Assembly (NCBI GenBank): GCA_964519615.1
Contig: CAZFIM010000001.1
Location: forward strand, 112,254-176,253
Direction of reading: 5' to 3'
DNA from: an uncultured Dehalococcoidales bacterium
GTDB taxonomy: Bacteria > Chloroflexota > Dehalococcoidia > GIF9 > UBA5629
Length of the DNA: 64,000 nucleotides
In this document: in pieces, positions 57,938 through 64,000 of the stretch
Layout: each line of letters starts with the position of its first letter
How positions within the stretch are numbered: position 1 is the stretch's first letter
Notes under the pieces: generated by a model
What the model was told of the DNA's origin: nothing
The model's input: only the letters and a program-made list of their open reading frames with translations
Databases searched by the model: none
Position numbers and translations under genes: made by a program

Positions 57938-58696
57938 GTGGCAGAGGTAGAGAAGCCGCTCAAATGGTATAAAGAGCTTGCTACGGCAAAGGGCAGGTTA
58001 AAGGCCGGTGTCTTTGTTGTAGAGGGCCAGCGTGCCGTCACCCAGGTAGCGGCCAGCAGCCCCGGGGCTATCGAGCATATTGTGGCGGCAGAGGGGATTA
58101 CTATCTTTCCGCCGGGGTATCCGGTACGATTCGTTACTGAAGGCCAGTTCCGCTCCATCAGCAGCATGGACACACCTCAGGGTATGATGGCAATTGTACG
58201 TTTTCCTGAGGGTATCTACAGTGCTGATCTGCCCCCCCGCCCCGGCCCCAGGATCCTGCTGCTGGAGGATATTCAGGACCCCGGTAATACAGGTACGCTC
58301 CTCAGAACCGCCGGAGCATTTGATTACTCCGGAATTATTATGAGCAGAAAATGCGCCGACCCCCTCTCTCCTAAATGTGTGCAGGCCTCCGCGGGAACCG
58401 TATTTTCGCTGTGGATCAGGCGTACGGATAACTATGCTGAGCTTGCTCTCAGGCTTTGCCAGAGCGGTTATATTCTGGTGGCAGCGGATTTGGAAGGCCG
58501 TGAAGATATGTCTGTATTGAGAGAAGAAAAGCGTATGCTTCTGGCACTTGGCAATGAAGCATCAGGCCTATCGCCGGACCTGCGGCAGATGGCTTCCTTC
58601 CGGATGCGCGTACCCATTGCCAGGGAAAAGGCGGAATCGCTTAATGTGGCGGTATGCGGCGCTATTTGCATGTATGAGAGCAGGAAAGAGAAATGA
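57938..58696 (+). CDS. TrmH/SpoU-family RNA 2'-O-methyltransferase
   Basis: 252 aa; SPOUT motifs (LLLEDIQDPGNTGTLLRTA, LALGNEASGL, VPIAREKAESLNVAVCGAI). Confidence 0.8.
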   Translation: MAEVEKPLKWYKELATAKGRLKAGVFVVEGQRAVTQVAASSPGAIEHIVAAEGITIFPPGYPVRFVTEGQFRSISSMDTPQGMMAIVRFPEGIYSADLPPRPGPRILLLEDIQDPGNTGTLLRTAGAFDYSGIIMSRKCADPLSPKCVQASAGTVFSLWIRRTDNYAELALRLCQSGYILVAADLEGREDMSVLREEKRMLLALGNEASGLSPDLRQMASFRMRVPIAREKAESLNVAVCGAICMYESRKEK

Positions 58697-58732
58697 AGGA
58701 TTCAATTATATTTCTTAGCGTCTGAAAAGCCG

Positions 58733-59245
58733 CTACGCGCCCACCTGCGGATACTCCATTAGCCGTTCTCTCAGCTTCTTGAGATTTACCGCATCCTCGC
58801 GGTTGTATTCCAATAGAAGCTCAAGCGCCTTTTTATTGCCGTAGCGTGTGTAGTGTTTCCACAGTTGTACGGCTTTGTATCCATCCATGTCCTGAAGGCG
58901 ACGTGATATTTTTAGCTGCCGTTCAACTGCTTTGAAGCCGCCTTTAAGATTATTGCGCCAGCAGGCATACATCAGATCGCAGTGTTCGTATAGGGACTCG
59001 AGATCAACACCGATAGCGTTATGGATGAAGGGCAGGTCGAACCGCCTGCCGTTATAGGTATAGATGGAGCGCACATTATGCAGAGCGCCGATAAGGTTTT
59101 CTCTGGTAACCTGCTCGCCGACGAGCTGTAGAAATTTACTGTCCGATGAATTGCATAAATAAATACCGATGACAGTAATGCTGTCACTCACGAAAGAGAG
59201 ACCCGTAGTCTCAATATCGAGATAGGCGTCAAGAAAACGGCCCAT
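58733..59245 (-). CDS. RNase H-like / DnaQ-like exonuclease-domain protein (YprB family)
   Basis: 170 aa; DIETTGL Exo I motif, YNGRRFDLPF. Confidence 0.55.
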   Translation of the reverse strand: MGRFLDAYLDIETTGLSFVSDSITVIGIYLCNSSDSKFLQLVGEQVTRENLIGALHNVRSIYTYNGRRFDLPFIHNAIGVDLESLYEHCDLMYACWRNNLKGGFKAVERQLKISRRLQDMDGYKAVQLWKHYTRYGNKKALELLLEYNREDAVNLKKLRERLMEYPQVGA

Positions 59246-59474
59246 TGTCTGTTTCCTGTGATTCGGCAGAAGCCGCTTAAATGAATTCTGCCGTTCATAC
59301 GCCTTTCTAGTTAATATTCGGATATGCGGCTGTATCCCGCCTCTCAGTCATAGTATACCACATCGAGACGGAATGCGAACTAAAAAGGCAATGCGTCGCA
59401 GGCTGCTCCCGTATTATCGCAGCCTGATTTTTTCACTTGCCCCTTTGTGATAAAGTAGATAGTTAAGTGAGTAT

Positions 59475-60656
59475 TTGGTGAGACGTTCTCTAAATCTGCC
59501 TCTAATCTGCTTTGTGGGAGTAGCCGGGTTTGTCAACCAGAGTCTGGTTTATCCGGTAATACCACTGTACGCTCATGAATTGGGCGCCAGCATCGCGCAA
59601 GTTGGTATTATCATGTCTATTGCCCCTTATGTTATGGCGGTGCTGATGGTACCGATGGGCCTGTTTTCAGACAAAATCGGTAAAGACAGGGTACTGCTCG
59701 GCGGGCTGCTGGTGATAAGCATAGCATCGTTTCTGTATTCGTTCACTGCGGATATTGTCCAGATAGCAGCGGTCAGGTTTTTTCACGGATGCGGGCAGTC
59801 AGCAATGATAGTGGCTGCTCTTGCTCATGTTATCGATATGGCTCCTGCAGGTAAGAGAGGATGGACGATGGGGTGGTATACTGCTTTTACTCAGGTGGGA
59901 ATAATGTTAGGGCCTTTCTTTGGCGGTCTGATATTAAACCGGATGGGGTATCTACCGGTCTACTATACAGGCAGCGGGGTAGCTTTAGCCGGCCTGTTGG
60001 TCTGCATCTATTTATTCGGCCGTATAGAAAAAAAGGTGCCGGCCTCTCCTCTGCCGGCAGAGACAGACTGGAGGTTTCTCAAGAGAAAGGAATTTTTCAT
60101 AGCTATATTGCCTGCTTTTTTTGTGGCTACAGGAACAGGGACACTGGTTGCCTATATGGCGATCTACGGTCTGGACCTGAATATCAACGAGGTGGGCGCC
60201 GGTTTCATTATTGCTGTTTCATTTGCCGGCTCGGCACTGGTGCGTGTACCGGCGGGTATGCTGGCGGACAGGCTGGGCAGAAAACCTCTAATAGTATACG
60301 GATTGCTGTTGGGTGCCGCCGCAGCGGTCGGCATTGCTGAATTTCATAGCTTTACCCTGCTGAGCGCGGCCGCTTTTATACTCGGCATCGGCCTGGGTGT
60401 TGTGCAGCCGGCTGCGCTGACGTTGACAGCAGACCTTGCTCCCAGCGAAAAGCGCGGTCTGGCTATGGGCTTCTACGTTTCCTTTTTCAACGTCGGAAAC
60501 GGTTTGGGCCCCACGGTACTGGGTTTTGTGGCTCAGTGGGGCGGCTATACTGTAATGTTCTGGACATGCGCGGGGGCAATTATCACCGGCAGTCTGCTGG
60601 TGAGCGTGCTGCTGCGTAGACGGGTAAGGGTTAACAGCACCGCTGTTATGCGCTAG
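59475..60656 (+). CDS. MFS transporter
   Basis: 393 aa; 12 TM, MFS motifs (GMLADRLGRKP). Confidence 0.75.
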   Translation: MVRRSLNLPLICFVGVAGFVNQSLVYPVIPLYAHELGASIAQVGIIMSIAPYVMAVLMVPMGLFSDKIGKDRVLLGGLLVISIASFLYSFTADIVQIAAVRFFHGCGQSAMIVAALAHVIDMAPAGKRGWTMGWYTAFTQVGIMLGPFFGGLILNRMGYLPVYYTGSGVALAGLLVCIYLFGRIEKKVPASPLPAETDWRFLKRKEFFIAILPAFFVATGTGTLVAYMAIYGLDLNINEVGAGFIIAVSFAGSALVRVPAGMLADRLGRKPLIVYGLLLGAAAAVGIAEFHSFTLLSAAAFILGIGLGVVQPAALTLTADLAPSEKRGLAMGFYVSFFNVGNGLGPTVLGFVAQWGGYTVMFWTCAGAIITGSLLVSVLLRRRVRVNSTAVMR

Positions 60657-60712
60657 AATGAATACCGCAGCCGGTTGACAACTATGGTGAAGGGACACGA
60701 TAAGGGCAGACA

Positions 60713-61249
60713 ATGAAGATTGTGTTACATATATGCTGCGGCGTATGCGCAGCAGGAGCGGCAGCTGAGCTTATCGGCGAGGGGCATGAGATCACAGGGT
60801 ATTTTTTCAATCCCAATATCTACCCCGAAGAGGAGTATAACCGCAGGTTGGAGGGCGCCCGTGAGGTTGCATACAGGCTGGCCTTTCCCCTGAAAAGCGG
60901 ACCATACTACCCCAGTCAGTGGCATGACCTGTGCCGGCCTTATGCCTTTACTCCCGAAGGCGGCGTCCGCTGTGAAATGTGTTTCCGTCTGCGGCTCGGC
61001 TACACGCAGCGTTATATGCTTGCGTGCCGTGCCGAAGCCTTTACCACTACTCTGACCATCAGCCCACATAAATCCGCAGCTGTCGTCAACAGGGTGGGAC
61101 GGGAGTTGGGGGGCGAGAGGTTCCTGTCCAGGGACTTCAAAAAGAAGGACGGCTTTAAACTGGCTATTAAGAAGGCAAAGGAGTGGGGGCTTTACCGTCA
61201 GGACTATTGCGGCTGCATCTACAGCATGATCGAAAGGAGCAAGAGATGA
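60713..61249 (+). CDS. queH: Epoxyqueuosine reductase QueH (DUF208)
   Basis: 178 aa; LHICCGVCA and CGC Cys motifs typical of QueH. Confidence 0.8.
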   Translation: MKIVLHICCGVCAAGAAAELIGEGHEITGYFFNPNIYPEEEYNRRLEGAREVAYRLAFPLKSGPYYPSQWHDLCRPYAFTPEGGVRCEMCFRLRLGYTQRYMLACRAEAFTTTLTISPHKSAAVVNRVGRELGGERFLSRDFKKKDGFKLAIKKAKEWGLYRQDYCGCIYSMIERSKR

Positions 61250-61809
61250 GCGATTGGCCTACGCAGGAAGAGGCCCAGACGATTCTGGACCAATGGTGTA
61301 CAAACAAGAATCTCAAGAAGCATGCATATGCGGTCGAGGCTGCTATGCAGGCTTATGCTCAAAGGCAGGGGGCGGACCCGGTAAAATGGGGCGTTGTCGG
61401 CCTGCTTCACGATTTCGATTATGAGAGATACCCTGATTTGAAAGACCATCCTTTCAAAGGCGTAGAGTATCTGAATGAACATGGGTACAGCCGGGATTTT
61501 ACAGATGCCATCCTGGCGCATGCGGAGCATACGGGTACGGTAAGGGACAGCGATCTTAAGAAAGTTATCTACGCTGTGGACGAGTTGACCGGGCTGATAG
61601 TGGCGGTGGCGCTTACCAGACCTTCCAAAAAGCTAGCGGATGTCTCTGTGGATTCGGTGATGAAGAAATGGAAGGAGAAGTCATTTGCCGCCGGGGTGGA
61701 CAGGCAGATGGTGGAGAGGGGAGCTTGCGAGATGGGCATCCCCCTGAAAGAGCATATCGGCATAGTGCTTGCAGCCATGCAGAGTATTGCTGAAAAGCTG
61801 GGACTGTAG
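61246..61809 (+). CDS. HD-domain phosphohydrolase
   Basis: Start at the ATG 61246 (AAAGGAG RBS), overlapping the queH stop (ATGA). H...HD motif (LLHDFDY), D residue downstream. Confidence 0.7.
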   Translation: MSDWPTQEEAQTILDQWCTNKNLKKHAYAVEAAMQAYAQRQGADPVKWGVVGLLHDFDYERYPDLKDHPFKGVEYLNEHGYSRDFTDAILAHAEHTGTVRDSDLKKVIYAVDELTGLIVAVALTRPSKKLADVSVDSVMKKWKEKSFAAGVDRQMVERGACEMGIPLKEHIGIVLAAMQSIAEKLGL

Positions 61810-61827
61810 ACTATCATATACCATCCT

Positions 61828-62799
61828 TTATTTCTCCACAGGCACGGCTACGGTAGAGAGGACGCTCTCGATGACCTTTTCCACCGGCTGACCCTTGAGG
61901 CGGGCTTCTGCCCTTGTTATCAACCTGTGCGCCAGTACCGGCGCCGCCAGCATTTTGACATCGTCCGGGATAACATAATTCCTGCCCCTCACCGCCGCCA
62001 TTGCCTGAGAGGCGTGGAATAAGCCCAGCGAGGCGCGCGGGCTTGCCCCCAGCTCGACGTTCTTGTGAGTCCGGGTTGCCCTGCAGATGGAGACCACATA
62101 AGAACGTACGGCATCGCTGATAGCCACCTTCCGGCAGAGCTTCTGTAGCGAAAGCAGTTTCTCTGCCGTGGCGACGCTTTGCAAAGTGTCAAGCGGATTT
62201 GCCTGCTGGAAGCGGCTAAGTATGACCTCCTCGTCTTTCTGGTCGGGGTAGCCCAGCTTGATTCTCAGCAGGAACCTGTCGAGCTGCGCCTCCGGAAGGG
62301 GAAAGGTGCCTTCCAGCTCCACCGGGTTTTGTGTGGCAATGATAAGGAAGGGGCGGGGCAGGGGAACCGTCTCCAGATCAACGGTCACTTGCTGTTCCTG
62401 CATGCTTTCCAGAAGGCAGGACTGGGTCCGCGGTGTAGCGCGGTTTATCTCATCGGCGAGTACCACGTTGGTGACGATGGGGCCGGGCCTAAGCTCGAAC
62501 TCCTGCGTGCGCTGGTTAAAGTAATGAATTCCGATAACATCGGAGGGGAGCAGGTCGGGTGTACACTGAATGCGCTGGAACTGCATTCCCAGCGATTTTG
62601 CCGCTGCCTTTGCCAGCACCGTTTTGCCCGTCCCCGGCACGTCTTCGATCAGCACGTGTCCTTCACAGAGCAATGCTACCAGCAGCATCTCTACTGTTTC
62701 CTCTTTGCCTACAAATACTTTGCGCATATTATCCATGAGAGCGCAGGCCACCTCTTTTACAACCGTCATATCACCAATTTCTCCAGAGCTTTTATCCAT
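61828..62799 (-). CDS. moxR: MoxR-family AAA+ ATPase
   Basis: 323 aa; Walker A GVPGTGKT, Walker B, C-terminal MoxR lid. Confidence 0.9.
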   Translation of the reverse strand: MDKSSGEIGDMTVVKEVACALMDNMRKVFVGKEETVEMLLVALLCEGHVLIEDVPGTGKTVLAKAAAKSLGMQFQRIQCTPDLLPSDVIGIHYFNQRTQEFELRPGPIVTNVVLADEINRATPRTQSCLLESMQEQQVTVDLETVPLPRPFLIIATQNPVELEGTFPLPEAQLDRFLLRIKLGYPDQKDEEVILSRFQQANPLDTLQSVATAEKLLSLQKLCRKVAISDAVRSYVVSICRATRTHKNVELGASPRASLGLFHASQAMAAVRGRNYVIPDDVKMLAAPVLAHRLITRAEARLKGQPVEKVIESVLSTVAVPVEK

Positions 62800-63979
62800 T
62801 ATCGTGCTCCTCCTGTATTTCTCTTTCCTGTCCGTGCTGGCGTTTTAACCTGTATTTACGAACCCGGCGCCAGCTTTGATTGACCGCATCGCGGTCGCCG
62901 GAAGACGGTATAGACATGCCGTAGCGTACCTGTACATAGTGCGCCGTAATCAGCTGCAGGTCATCGCTTGCATCCGGCAGTGCTGCCGCAAGCGTGCTTA
63001 AATATTCGTAAGGCGTCTGGTCTGCCGCCCGCGGATATCCTCTGGAAGCCGCCCAGCGAATCATCTGCCTGTAGGTCGTGCGTATAAAGGCAGTGCCGGG
63101 AAGTTCACTTTTTTGCTCCACATGAAACAGGCGCTTAAGCAGGTCTGTGAACGCCGAGCCGATGTATTTGAACATCGCTTTCATGTCCGCCCAAAACGCT
63201 CCTTTAAGCTGCTGGACTTCCACCCCTTCCATGCGGGCGGAGCGGCGGGCTAGCCAGTTGTATATCTGAGATGAAACACGCCAAAGCGCCAGAATAAGTA
63301 TGACGGACCAAATACACAGCATGAGGATATTGAGGACGGAGCGGGCTCCCTCAGACAGACGGAAAAGCCGGAAAGTTTCCGTCTCCTCCGTTCCGGGCAT
63401 TGCCGCAGGCGGCGGCAGCGCTGCCTCTCCCCCCGTATCAGGCATCAGGCTTGCCAGAAATTCCATTATTCTCAGGAATATACCCCAGAGCCATTTTAGG
63501 GCATCAACTGCCACCTGGAGCAGATCGCGGGATACAAAGAGGCCGATGATAAGGCCGATAATAAGTATGGCGCAGATGCTGATTGCCAGCAGCCATCCCC
63601 AGTGTCCCTGCTGCATAGATGCCAGCCAGCTTTTGTCCTGGCGGGAGTGGGCGGTGGAAACGCCGGTCAGAGCAAAGCAGAAAAAGGCCAGCGCCAGCGG
63701 GATTACGCCGCGAATCTGTACATCCGAGGCAGAGGCGATAAGAAAAGCGATTATCAGCAGAATCAGCCCGAACTGAAATTCGGCCAGCAGGCGGATAAAA
63801 TCCGGTTTACACTGCGCCGCCCGTTTGCCCAGCCACCACAGGATAATGCTTGACAGCAGTACCAGAAGGGCAGGCTCGAAATCGTGAATGACATGGACTA
63901 TGGAGAGCGGTATGGACATCAGCCAGGCCGTATCCGCCCACGCTGCGGCAGGGTAAAGATGCAGCTTTACTGTCAGCAT
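62792..63979 (-). CDS. Polytopic membrane protein with C-terminal DUF4129 domain (MoxR-associated)
   Basis: 395 aa in window; several TM helices, C-terminal YEYL...YVQVRYG DUF4129-like motif; 8-nt overlap with moxR; the N-terminus may extend beyond the window. Confidence 0.55.
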   Translation of the reverse strand: MLTVKLHLYPAAAWADTAWLMSIPLSIVHVIHDFEPALLVLLSSIILWWLGKRAAQCKPDFIRLLAEFQFGLILLIIAFLIASASDVQIRGVIPLALAFFCFALTGVSTAHSRQDKSWLASMQQGHWGWLLAISICAILIIGLIIGLFVSRDLLQVAVDALKWLWGIFLRIMEFLASLMPDTGGEAALPPPAAMPGTEETETFRLFRLSEGARSVLNILMLCIWSVILILALWRVSSQIYNWLARRSARMEGVEVQQLKGAFWADMKAMFKYIGSAFTDLLKRLFHVEQKSELPGTAFIRTTYRQMIRWAASRGYPRAADQTPYEYLSTLAAALPDASDDLQLITAHYVQVRYGMSIPSSGDRDAVNQSWRRVRKYRLKRQHGQEREIQEEHDNG

Positions 63980-64000
63980 CGTGACGACCGCCCAGCAAAG

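Noticed and set aside
1-64000. CRISPR arrays, transposases/IS elements, integrases, prophage genes
   Set aside because: No direct-repeat/spacer periodicity, no DDE/serine/tyrosine recombinase motifs and no phage structural genes were seen. The single tRNA (Pro) has no adjacent integrase.

Overview
The window is a gene-dense (>90% coding) bacterial chromosomal segment of about 52% GC, with no transposase, integrase or CRISPR array. It runs through the replication-origin neighbourhood: tRNA-Pro, mazG, fmt, dnaA, obg, nadD and gyrB. Between dnaA and obg lies an AT-rich stretch with a DnaA-box-like 9-mer, which I take as a candidate oriC. The dominant metabolic feature is a 10.6-kb co-directional operon for an archaeal-type (Cdh) CO dehydrogenase/acetyl-CoA synthase. 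Its order is acsE, CFeSP small subunit, cdhA, cdhB, cdhC, CFeSP large subunit, a NuoE-like and a NuoF-like flavoprotein pair, and cooC, behind a near-consensus sigma-70 promoter. The remainder of the window is accessory and redox-related. It includes an HD-GYP/PAS sensor, mutL, a single-chain triple-RidA protein divergent from an Lrp regulator, and pcrA. It also holds rubrerythrin, two paralogous repeat-rich membrane-anchored surface proteins, and a translationally coupled dCMP-deaminase/P-loop-kinase pair. Further genes are an acyl-CoA ligase, panE, ArfB, cyclophilin, and a thiol-disulfide/arsenic island (ArsP-like permease, small thioredoxin, two CxxC lipoproteins flanking CcdA, Acr3, FN3-TlpA). 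The downstream part carries an FHA-wHTH regulator, tandem UspA, an orphan radical-SAM/SPASM enzyme, trmH, queH, an HD hydrolase, MoxR and a DUF4129 protein. The most concrete new call is a SelW/Rdx-family selenoprotein gene at 38188..38424 on the minus strand, with an in-frame UGA at the CxxU position; the ORF track missed it. The lineage cannot be fixed from this window; an archaeal-type Cdh in a bacterial housekeeping context is compatible with anaerobic Chloroflexi/Dehalococcoidia-like or other deep-branching anaerobes. All product calls rest on motif and architecture recognition by eye, with no database search.
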